A stretch of 64,000 nt of DNA. Source: Cycas panzhihuaensis (Eukaryota; Plantae; Cycadophyta). The DNA is taken from positions 184,147,741 through 184,211,740 of the forward strand of contig CM041465.1 in assembly GCA_023213395.1 (NCBI GenBank), read 5' to 3'. This document shows, piece by piece, positions 1 to 12,243 of the stretch. Position 1 is the first letter of the stretch; each line of letters begins with the position of its first letter. The translations under genes were made by a program, and so were the position numbers. Below the pieces are notes generated by a model. The model searched no databases, had not been told where the DNA came from, and saw only the letters and a program-made list of their open reading frames with translations.

Positions 1-2939
1 CTGATGAGATATTCCAAAGTTAATCAAAGAGGACCAGAATAGATGGCTGCGAGAACCTTTCTCGGTGGAGGAAGTAGAGAAGGCCCTCTTCTCCATGAGG
101 AGGGATAAGGCCCCTGGTCCAGACAGTTTCCCTTTGGGTTTTTTTCATGAATTCTAGGACATTATTAGAGAGGATCTAAAAGCAACTTTAGATGAATTTT
201 ATGAGAAGAGAACAATCCTCAAGGAGTGGTAGGCTACTTTCCTGGTGTTAATTCCCAAGAAAGACGAATCAAAAGATATGGAGGAGTATAGATTGATAAG
301 TATTTGTAATGTCAAATACAAGATCTTCGTAAAATTGTTAGCCAATAGACTTAAGAAATGCTTGCCCTCCATTATTTCCATAAATTAGGATGGCTTCATG
401 TAGGGTAGATAAATTCTTGATGGTATCATTCTGGTCCATGAGACGATCCATTCAGTAAATCAAAGGAAGGAACCTGGGATAATAGTGAAAACTGATATGT
501 CAAAAGCTCACGATAGAGTGGCCTGGGATTGCCTAATGGATTATCTTAAGGCTTTTGGATTTGACGAGGTCTGGAGAGGGTGGATGGAAATTTGTATATC
601 TAGACTCTAATTCTCAGTTTTGATTAATGGCTCCTTGACCCCTTTTTTTCCTAGGAACAAAGGATTAAGACAAGGAGATCTATTATCTCTCTATTTGTTC
701 ATCATTATGGCAGAGATCCTTGGGAGAGCGGTGGAAGAGGCTAGAAGAAAAGGCTGGGTGAAGGGGTTAAAGTCTACATCTAGCATTGATAATATTATCT
801 AGCACTAATTTGTTAATGATAATATTTTTCTAGTGAAGGCAACTATGGGGGAAGCCAGGGCTTCTAAGGCTAGGCTACTTGCTTATAAAAAAGCCACAAA
901 TCAAAAAATAAACTTGGAAAAAAGCTATGTTTCCTTTATAAATACACAGGAGAGACTACAAAGGAGGATTAGAAGGGAGTTGGGGATCCCTATCAAGAAT
1001 CTCCCATCCAAGTATCTTGGGATGCCTCTGTTTGTTAGGAACATGAGTGGAGATCTCTGGAACCATGTTGTGGACATAATGCAAAAGAAACTGGAGGGGT
1101 GGAAAGGAACCCTCCCTAGTCAAGCTAGGAAGATTCAGCTAGTGGTTGCCTCTCTGTAGAGCACCCCTATATATATGATGTCTATCTTTAAGGTTCCCAG
1201 CAAAGTATTATCAATTTTGGAAGGTATCTAGAAAAGGTTCCTTTGGTCTACGACTGGGGAAAAAGATAGAATCCATCTGGTGGCCTGGAATAAGGTGTAT
1301 GCCCCAAGATGGACAAGGGGTCTAAACCTCAGAAGGTTGGGTCCTTTCAATAGGGCCCTAGTGGCTAAGATAGAATAAAGATAGGTGAGAAACACAAAAA
1401 GTCAGTGGAGTAAGATTATCTCTAATAAATACCTGAGAGGTAATCACTTCTTAAAAGTAGAGGGGGGTGGCTTTCCAATCCCTAATTTAGAGGAGTTTGA
1501 TTCAAGCTAGATCTATTCTATTACCAGGCTTGAGATAGAAGCTTGGGAATGGGGAATCTATAAATTTCTAGGAGGATAAATGGTGCAGAAATTATACTTT
1601 AAAAGAAAAGCCTAGCCTTGGCACTCTATAGGCAGCTTATGAAGAGAAATTTGGTACTAGGGTTATGGATTATTGGGAGGGTCAAGGTAGGCATAGAAAG
1701 TGGAGATCGTTTGAGGAGCTAGATTTGACCCAAGAATGGGAGGAAAACATTATGGCATTAAAGAAGGAGCTCGACCAGTGCTATATCCTAAAAAATCCAA
1801 AGGTAGATATGATTATATGGGCCCCCTCCCCATTGGGGGAATACTCTATCAAACATGACTATTTAGCCTTATGTTCAGAAGTGGGCTTGCTTGAGAATCC
1901 CTTGCTGAAGGGGCTGTGGAAGCTGGGTCTTATACCAAAGGTCATAGTCTTTTAGTTGCTCTACCTGAGGAATAAAATCTTGATGGTGGATAATCTTCAT
2001 AAGCGCAGGTTTACTATGCCAGATATATGTGTATTATGCGAAAGGGAGGAAGAAACCTTAAACCACATCAATATTCATTATTCCTTATCCAACAATATTT
2101 GGGCCTATATTTAGTATAAATTTAGGATCTCATGGGTGAACGCTAGGTCTTTGGAAGATCTATGGAGGGCGTGGATATCTCCTTTTAGAAGCAAGACTTT
2201 AGGATCACTTTGGAAAATTATATCGCCAATGGTGGTCTGCAACATCTGGAAGGAAAGGAATAGAAGAATATTTTAGGGGAAAGAGCTCGATGCGATTAGG
2301 ATCTTTGAGATTATATGTGCATTGACTTAGGAATATGTCAGATAAGTGGATGAGGAAGGTATCTCAGAAATGGAGAGTAGGATCATTAATTACTAGGGTA
2401 TTAAAAGACCAAACATTACAAGAACTAGGAGAAGGAATTGTAAGTGGCGCCCGCCTAAAGTCAACTGGGTTAAAATCAATTTTGATAGGGTTGCTAAGGG
2501 AAATCCAGATGAACTTGGTGGGGGGCGTTTATGTAGATACCCAGATAGAAGAGTTAGGTGGGTCTGCACTAATTATTATGTTCAGCAAATAAATCATATG
2601 GTTGAGTTAAAGGTGATGCAGAAAGCAGTTTTTATGATCGAAGAGGATGACCTAACAAGGGTGGAGATCAAAGGAGATTCGTTGAATGTGGTAAGGACCC
2701 TTAGAGGGGAAATTAAGGCAGACTAGCATAATGAGGATATGGTTAGGGATGCTCAAGAGGCATTAAAGGCTAAGGAGGCCTTTTGGATTGGTCATACGTA
2801 TAGAGAAGGAAATGTTGCAGTTGATTGCCTAACCAATTGGGCTATTTTGAATAAGGGCAGGAAAGTATGGAAGGAAGACTTCCTGGAGGATCTTCTAAGT
2901 CTGGTCAGATTAGATAGGTTAACACAGGTGGAGGGTTAA
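1..2939 (+). pseudogene. LINE ORF2 remnant (RT, zf-RVT, RNase H)
   Basis: ORF fragments 620-802, 833-1159, 1665-1955 and 2739-2939 are collinear with ORF2 of the other copies; many TAG stops. Confidence 0.9.
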
Positions 2940-3096
2940 ACTAGCCATTGGGATTGTCATGGCATTTAGGGCCAGTTTGGGTAGGACGATCTGAGATCAG
3001 CTAGGCCATGGGCTTATCATAGCCCTCTCACTTATAGCTAGACGCTAGATTATGTAAACCCCTTCTAAATTGTTTTACCAAATTAAAAAAAAAAAA
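1..3096 (+). mobile_element. L1-clade LINE, 3' part (copy L-A): decayed ORF2, 3' UTR and poly(A) tail
   Basis: RT motifs (GLRQGD-LS-YLF, INLEKS, KYLGMPL), zf-RVT region and RNase H C-terminus (HTYREGNVAVDCL). A12 tail at 3085-3096. 3' UTR matches that of the copy ending at 45314. Confidence 0.93.
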
Positions 3097-5001
3097 GATT
3101 ATGATAATTAATTACCACAAGAAGAGGAAGGAAAGATAAAACACTACATTAATAAATCAACAACGTAGGCATTTAAAGAGAAATTCATGGCAAGACATGA
3201 GTAAGCCCACTCGAATATATAAATTACACACCAAAAAGACATTTATAAAACAAAGTCCTTGGGTGGCTATTGCATCACAAAAGGCCAAACACTTATACAC
3301 TTGTAGAGAACATTACCAATAAACTAAGTCATAAAGATTACTTAGAATAAACTCTCATCCTTCAATATTTCAAACCCTAACAGTGATGTAAATATCCTCA
3401 ATCATGTATATAGTTATGGTAAACTCAGTCCGATGGAGAATATAACCCAATAAAGCTCAAAGACTAATACCCTCACCATAGAAATATAGAGGATAAACCC
3501 TTACAGCCTTTATCGACACCTCATAGTGCCCATGCTAAATTTAACAAAGATTACAAAAGAAGCAACCTAATAATGGAATCAAACACAATAGAGTTTAAGA
3601 CATCGTTACTTCTTTGCAGCCTAAATGGTGGTCTTTTCATCTATTATTTGACATGGAATAAGTTTAACTGAAACGAAATTCATTTATACCCTTGCTTTAT
3701 CATAAGTCGACTGCCATTTCCTATGGAACTTCCTATTTGCCTACATGTTAACCATAAAATAGAGCTACCTGCCACCCTTGGAGAACTATCTCGTATGTAT
3801 TGCCATAGAGATTATTGCTACACATAATGCAGATTCATGGTAGATCTCATAGAGCCACATGATATTCTACAATGCTCACCATCTCATTCAATCAGAGAAC
3901 ATCCCATATGCCCTCCATTGAGAAAATAATATAAGCATCGATCACTGCAAGATTTATCCAATAGTAAATGATATAATTTTAATGAAAATATTTTTGCAAC
4001 CCTAAGTATATAGGATAAAGTATATTGTGCATTTGATTTCTTGCGTGTTGGCAAATGCAACCCACTTATGTAATCTAATTTAATCTTTTTGCATTTGTAA
4101 AAGGATTTTAATTCTGTTAATTTTTCCTTGAAGTTTGCAACCCCCTTCCCCTTAGCACTTTGTCATATTGAGCCCTCATATGACCCTCTACTTAGCACAA
4201 AAGGGGCTTAACCCCTTATTTTTTAAGCCCCCCACTCTATTAAGGAGTTACCTATACTTTTTCTATAATAATTTAAGCATCTGGAATCTAAATTTAGAAT
4301 CAAAAGAGGCATGGAAATCTTGACTCAGAGACCTTCATTTTGACTAGTCATTTGAGCCATTTTGAAGTCATTTTGAAAGTAAAATCTCCATATAAAGCCA
4401 ACGAAGTGGATTATAAGCAAGGTAAGTACAAGTATATAACACTAATTATTATTTTTCTTTATATTTTCTTAATAATAATAATTTATTTTAATACTTTGAT
4501 CATTAAACATTAAATTTATCAATTAACTTAATTATTATGCCTCTTATTTTTTAATAAATATACTTAATTAATTATCATTAATGCGATTATTTTTATAATT
4601 TTATATGCTTACAAACAAGATTATAATTTGTGCTATAATCTTATGAATTTAATTTAAATCTTTAGCATTTATGTTTACAAATATATTTCTAAAATTAAGC
4701 AATCAATAAAAATGTTTAAAAAGGGACACTCTCCCCCACTCAACCCTTAATTTCTTTTTATTAAATTACACACCTGTAGTCTATTTACAAACATCTTTAT
4801 ATTATTATTATTAATTTAATCTTATAATATCTAAACTTAAAAATAAAATTATTATGATAATAATTATTTTTCTACATTTCATATTTGTGGTTTGATATAA
4901 CATTATCTTAATCTGGAAGTTTATATAATCATATACCTTTTTTTTAATTTTAATAAAGAGAATCTATAAAATATCTAAAGTTATCTTCACTTTTTTACAT
5001 T

Positions 5002-5454
5002 TGTTAGAAATATTAATGTCAGTTTTATGTTAATATTATCTTTTGATCACATGTGTAAATGTGAATTTAAGTGATGTAAAGGTTCAGTTTTATAAATTTT
5101 ATGTTAATTATTAATTATTATGTGAAGGTCATTGAAATGCACAACTGCCCATTTCAACGAACCTCTCATTCTTCAAATAGCCTCTTCTAGATTCTAGGAA
5201 TTGGCTCTAGGAATCTAGGAGGCTATCATAAGCATGTTTTAAAGGCTAGTTTCCATATGTATGTAAAGGGTATTCTTGTCAAGGTTTCATGTAAGGTGTT
5301 TAAGTTAATAAATTTCAAATTAGAGAGGTGGTTTTTCTTCCCCAGAAGGGGTTTTCCACCTGCCAAAAATGTGTATGTGTGCAATGTCAGATTTCACCTA
5401 TGAATGTTTAATTATATATTCTTACTGATATTGTACATGGTACCTATCCTAACA
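5002..5454 (+). repeat. C1 5' LTR
   Basis: Direct repeat of 11762-12214 with TG...CA ends. Confidence 0.95.
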
Positions 5455-5464
5455 TGGTATCAGA
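5455..5464 (+). promoter_or_regulatory. Primer-binding site (tRNA-iMet type) of C1
   Basis: TGGTATCAGA immediately after the LTR. Confidence 0.9.
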
Positions 5465-6442
5465 ATGAATGTGGCCGTGGTATGATAACCGATGATAGAG
5501 GAAATATCTTCAGTCTTTTCTTTCGCAGTACAAATAAGATTGACAGGCTTATCCCTAGAAACTGAAGACACAATGCAATAAGAATTCTTCCTATCCTTTT
5601 CAGGAACACTATCTAGTAATTTCTTGGCCTTGCATTCAGTAACCAGCAAGGACACATGTTGCTACCCAACCATTTGATGGCCAATACCACTTGATTCAGA
5701 AAATAATTGTGGTATGACCATCATCGCAAAGGTCCCTTCGTTCTTGACAAAACCCTAAAGGTAATGTGAATCAAATCAAATCAGCTTCAAGCAATCCAAA
5801 TATTGATTGATTCTCTGAACCGATTGGTAGTCTCATCTCCACATATATTTCAACACGATACATCTGCACATTGATTATATCTCACAAAACGTATGCAGAA
5901 CCACCTCTTAAATGCATGGTCGTAGGGTTCACATGGGTGACCACCCGTTGGATGGGTCAATAAATTGACACGCATGCGTAGACCAAAGAAAACCATCAGA
6001 GAAAACCAGCAGAGAAGCACGGAAGCCCTCATGCGATGCAGGCTTATGCATCTCTAATTGTCAAGGCACTCTTGGATGGATTATCACTACAGTATTCCAT
6101 CAAGGGCTTTAGGAAGGATCGAAAGTGGTTCACTGCGTGGATGTTACACACCTAGATAATGTCCTTTTATCCTTCTTGGATCGAGACTTTGTTTTTTAGT
6201 GCTTGATCTGCTTCTGTCGCTCTTGTCGAGAAACATATAGCCGGAAAAAGACACTGCCACGAAGCAAACCAGACCAAATCCTCGTCGATGCCATCAACCT
6301 CCAACAAAATCATCATCGCCTCAAAATTGAACAGGTAAGGTTTCATTCTATTTCCCCTCCTTAGACCCCAAATTTCATTACATATTAATTTTTTTTTATA
6401 AAATCAATAATTTCGTAGGGTCTGCGTCGCCCTACCCCCCTC

Positions 6443-6446
<4 letters not shown>

Positions 6447-6516
<70 letters not shown>
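6447..6516. repeat. (TA)n followed by poly(T)
   Basis: Seen directly in the C1 leader. Confidence 0.97.
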
Positions 6517-7491
6517 CTTTTCTTTTTTCTGTCAAATCAAACCTAATCAATCTTAGGACAATTATCAAATTAATTAAAACACTTTTTTTAAGGGCATTCC
6601 TCTCCCATTTTTTAATTAGACTTAAGGGCATTCAAACTAAACATAGTTAATCTTAGGGTAATTAAAATTAACCCCCCCTATTACATTTATAAATCAACAT
6701 TAATGCAACCACCCTCCCGGCCTTTATTACATTTTAATGTTAACCTTAAACCCCCCTTATTGCATCTTAATGGTAACTTTAAACCCACCCTTATTATATT
6801 AAACATTTAAATTTTTGAAAGGACTAAAGTATTCCTTCCTTCTTCTTAGAATTTATGGCCTCCTATTTATCTATAATGATATGATTTTATTAAAGAGTGA
6901 GGTTACTTCTAATGACTAATATGTCTTATTAGCCTATTAGAGTTATGTATTTACTACCCATTATTAATCTTTTTCTAGTTCACATTTAAACTATGGGATT
7001 AACTATAGGTTCAATAACTCAATAGATATCCTAATAGTCTTAATTATATTTAATCACTAGGTAAACTTGATATGCATCTATCGTACACACTAGAAGGGCT
7101 TCACTTAGTAAAAAAATATAATTCTAGTATCTCTTCCATACTTATCTCTAAATACTTTACAAAGTCATCTACTCTCTCTCCTCTAAAGGAGAATTATTTA
7201 AAATTTTCCTTTTGTTATTTAACTCTTTTGTTAATACAAGTAAATTAATTTTTCAAGCAGTAAGAGGGACTATTAATTTTTTCAGGAGAAGAAGAATATT
7301 TAATTTTCTAGGGGAATGGTATTCAAACAAATAACAATGAATTTCAGTTACTTATGCTTGTGAAATGTTAATAGGATTACTCTGATATTTGGTAATTTTT
7401 TATGTGACTTTTTTCACCTATACTTATTCATTCAGATTCTCCAAATTTTCTGACTCAAACATACTTCTAATCAATGCTTATAATTCTCAAT

Positions 7492-10400
7492 ATGGCACTA
7501 ATGCCAGGGACAACCACCTGTATTCTAATTCCAGTTCTACTCAGCTCAAACTATGTCGACTAGAGGAATCACATTTCCCATCAGCTTAAACAATAGAAGA
7601 TACAACGATATGTAATAGGTGAATTCAAAAAAACAAAAGATGCAACTTCAGAAAGCTATATGGTATATCTAATGAACTCTGATTTAGCTCTAGGCACCAT
7701 CATGTCATCACTCTCACCAAAAATTAGTCGGCAGTTCTCTGATACAGATGATCTAGCCACTATTTGGAATGCTCTTAAGGAAAAATATAATAAGGTTGAC
7801 ACACAACAATTAGTTGTCCTAGAATAGCAATTGTATGACCTTAATTATGATGGCTTTTCTAAAGTCAAAGACTTTTTATCCAAAATTCAAGTAATTAATA
7901 AAGATCTAACTATATTAAAACTGTAATTAAAGTAGGTGATGTAGAACAAATAGTCACACATGCTAAAGATGACGATACGCTCATACGTCTTGTGATAAAC
8001 AAACTACCAAAATATTTTAATCTTTTCAAGACTGCTAGACAACAAGTTGGTAATGCTCCAATAATTTTTAATCATTTGACAAACCAACTAATAAAATATC
8101 AAACGATATTAATTCAAATAGGCAAATTGAAAGATCCTTCTCAAGCTTTCTTTTCTAAATCTAAGCCTCAAAATAAAATTAAACATCAGAACAACTTTAA
8201 TAGTAATCCAAAATTCTAAAAACCTCATAGAGGTCCACCTCCTAGTTCTCAAAATAATACTAAGTATTCTGGTCCACCTAAATATCAGAATACTCTCAAT
8301 TAGTCTCTTTCAAATTAGAACATTGTTAATCCTTCTTAGAACATTAGTTGTCCCTACAACTATAAAAAAGACCATATTATTGATGTATGCATAAGTAAAA
8401 TAGCTTCAAAAGCTTAGAAGACTTCCAAGGGATTGCAAACCTTACCATAATCCTAACCACAATCTCGACCATAAAATCGACCTCAATCCCATAATCATTC
8501 TTTAATAGCAATAACTTCTTCATTTGTTACTCAATCTAATCAATCACCTCAATGGATCCTTGACTCTAGTGCTTCCCATCACATGATAGGACACTAGGAA
8601 AATTTATCCACTTATCAATTTGATACTAACCCTAAAGAAGAGATTTCTTTTGGAAGTGGATCTTAACTCAAAGTAAAAGGATCAGGTGATGTCACTTTGA
8701 AAGATGGTTCAATCAAGGATGTCTTCTATATGCCTGATTTGTTACCAAACCTTCTATCTATTTACCAAATCTACTAGAAAAACCTTATTGTCAAATTCTG
8801 AAAAGATAAATTTATTATTAAAGAACCATTAAATAAATTCAAACATATTTCCTTTGGACCTGTTGATCATAAAACATGTCTCTATAGCCTAACTAATTTA
8901 TAAAATACTAAAACAAAGTCTTTTAGTGCCTTCATAGCCAAATCTGACCCAGTTAGTAAACTATAGCATGCACGATTCGGTCATACTAGTTATGGAAAAC
9001 TTTAATACCTAAAAAGATATAACATGGTTCATGGTCTTCCACCTTTAAATACTGTTTATGGTGTCTGCGAAGCATGCGTAACAAGTAAGCAACACATGGA
9101 TTCCTTTCCACATCAGACTCAATTCAGAGCGAAAGTTTTACTTGAACTTGTTCGCTCTGATATATGTGGACCATTCTATGTTACTTCATATTCTGACTGT
9201 CAATATTTCATTACTTTTATTGATGATTTTTCAAGAAAATGTTAGGTGTACACACTCAAGACTTATCATCAAGTGTTTGATATCTTCACTGAATTCAAAA
9301 CACTTGTAGAAAATCAATCAAACTTGAAAATTAAAATTTTTAGATCTAATAATGCCAAAGAATACTTAAGTGGTAAATTTACTTCCTTTTGTAAGAGACA
9401 CAAAATTCAATTTCAATATTCTATTGCCTATACTCCTCAGCAAAATAGTGTTGTTGAACACAAAAATCGTACTCTTGTTGAAATGACTCGATGCATGCTA
9501 CATGCAAAGAGTCTTAACTTAAAGTTGTGGGCAGAAGCAATTGCCTGCTTCAACTATCTTTTAAACTGTTTACCTAGTAAATCTTTATAATATGTTACCC
9601 CAGAACAAAAATGGTTTGGACGAAAACCCTCAGTTAAACATCTAAGAATTTTTAGAAGTATTGCGTGGGAACAGGTTCCCAAAGAAAAATAAAAGAAACT
9701 AGATACTAAAAGTCAAAAATATATCTTCGTTGGATACAGTGAAGAGAGCAAAGCTTACAGACTTTTAGATCCAATCACACATAAAATTTTAATTTTGCAT
9801 GATGTAATATTTGACGAAGAATGACCCTCTTTAACCCCTACTTATCTAGAACTTTTGATTGAGAATCTATTAACCAACACCTATTTGGTTGACTCTTCTA
9901 AAAAATAAGTTGACCTTAAGACTATAGAATCCTTATCCATACAAGTTCAGAATTGGACTCTATTTGAATTAACCGCAATAGATCCTTTTCCTCAAGCTAG
10001 CTCCTCATCTCAACCTATTACTACAAAAATAGACATAAACAAACAACCCATATAGGCAATGAAAACACTTTCTGATGTGAGGTCTGATGTAGGTAATCCT
10101 TTAGTTACCAGAATAACTCGCACTCAAAAATTACATGCTAACTATGCATTAATGGCTAAAATAATGGCTAGTAATAATTCTAAAACTTTTAAACAAATAA
10201 GCAACAATCTCATATGGCAGCAAGCCATGCAAATTAAAATTGATACTTTAAACAGGAATTCAACTTAGGATCTTGTTCTTCTTCCACCAAGGAAAAATAT
10301 AGTTGATTGTAAATGGGTTTATCGAACCAAATACAATTTAACAGGCACAGTTGAAAAGCATAAAGCTCGCCTAATTGTGAAAGAATTTTCTCAAATTGAT

Positions 10401-11709
10401 GATATAGATTATAATGAAACCTTTGCACATATTGTAAAGATGAATACCATTTAAACTATTATTGCTCTAGCAGCTAAATTTAGTTGGAAAATCCATCAAA
10501 TGGATATCAAGAGTGCATTTCTAAATGGTGATCTTTAAGAAGAAATCTACATGACTCAACCTCCTAGTTTTATTGACAACCCTAATCTAGTTTGTAAACT
10601 AAAGAAATCCATCTATAGATTAAAGTAAGCTCCTTGAGCTTAGTACACAAAAGTAGATAATCATCTTACTCAAAATGGATACACTAGATGTATCAGTGAT
10701 CCAGATCTCTATTTCAAACGTGAAAATGAGAATATTATGATATTAATCATGTATGTTAATGATATCATCATCACTGGATCTTTAAATAATAACATTCATC
10801 AACTAAAAACAACCTTGATGAATAAATTTGAAATGACCAATCTCGGTCTCTTACATTATTTTCTTAGATTATAAATTTACTAACATGATTCTGAAATAAC
10901 CATATCTCAACCAAAATATATTTTAGACCTAATCAAATGGTTTAATATGGAAAATACTAAACCAGTTTCTAATCCTTTATATTCAAGAGTAAAATTATCT
11001 ACTTACTGTTCCACACCCTTATGTGATCCAATTTTATATAAGCATACTTATTTATTTAATACATACTTGACCTGATATATCCTATGTTGTTGCTTTATGT
11101 TCACGTTATATGCAAAAACCACATAAATCATACTAGAAAGCTACTAAACATATTCTTTGATATCTTCAAAATACTATTTTTTATGGTCTAACTTATAATT
11201 CTTGCAGTAAACCTCTAACCTTAATAGGGTATACTGATTTAGATTAGGCAGGTGATTCAAATGACTATAAGTCAATAGTAGGTTATGTGTTTTTTCTATA
11301 TTCCTCATTTATCACATGGTCTAGTAAAAAAATGCAGGCTTTAGCTCTGTCAACAACCGAAGCTGAATATCGAGCACTTGTTGAAGTAAGCAAAGAAGCA
11401 CTTTAGATCAAATCTCTCTTAAATGAAATTGGTCTATTTCATAACTCTTCTATGGAAATTAAAGGTGATAATCAAGGTGTTGTTGCTATTGCTACAAATC
11501 TAGTTGCTCATTCTAGAACTAAATACATAGAATTGCATCAACGCTTTATTTATAATCTTGTTACTGATAATATTATTCATTTATCTCATTATCCTACAGA
11601 TTTACAGGTTGCTGATATCCTTACCAAGTCATTGACTGAAGTCAAGTTTCTAAACCTGCAAGATTTGTTAAAGATATTAGAAGTCTCCATCAAAGGGGGA
11701 TCAACATGA
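7492..11709 (+). pseudogene. C1 gag-pol polyprotein remnant
   Basis: WILDSSASHHM (PR); CEAC, SDICGP, FIDDFSR, YTPQQN (INT); QMDIKSAFLNG (RT); RTKYIE...VADILTK (RNase H). Confidence 0.93.
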
Positions 11710-11761
11710 TGAAGACCTTCTTTATCTTCTATATTATATAAAAGTTAACATTAAAGGGGGA

Positions 11762-12214
11762 TGTTAGAAATATTAATGTTAGTTTTATACTAATGTTATC
11801 TTTTGATCACATGTATAAATGTGAATTTAAGTGATGTAAAGGTTCAGTTTTATAAAGTTTATGTTAATTATTAATTATTATGTGAATGTCATTGAAATGC
11901 ACAACTGCCTATTTCAACGAACCTCTCATTCTTCAAATAGCCTCTCCTAGATTCTAGGAATTGGTTCCAAGAATCTAAGAAGCTATCATAAGCTTATTTT
12001 AAATGCCGGTTTCCATATGTATGTAGAGGGTATTCTTGTTAAGGTTTCATGTAAGGTGTTTAAGTCAATAAATTTCAAATTAGAGAGGTGGTTTTTCTTC
12101 CTCAAAAGGGGTTTACGACCTGCCAAAAATGTATACGTGTGCAATGTCATATTTCACCTGTGAATGTTTGATTATATGTTCCTGCTAATATTGTACATAC
12201 TGCCTATCCTAACA
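11762..12214 (+). repeat. C1 3' LTR
   Basis: Preceded by PPT at 11753-11761; matches the 5' LTR. Confidence 0.95.
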
Positions 12215-12243
12215 ACATCTACATCCACATTTCTTTTCCCAAA

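Larger units (their letters stand above)
5002..12214 (+). mobile_element. Full-length decayed Ty1/copia element C1
   Basis: 453-bp LTRs TGTTAG...CTAACA at 5002-5454 and 11762-12214. TSD ACATT/ACATC, PBS TGGTATCAGA, PPT AAAGGGGGA, and gag-PR-INT-RT-RH order. Confidence 0.95.

Noticed and set aside
6446-6631. K-rich/YI ORF
   Set aside because: Poly(T) and (TA)n read on the minus strand.
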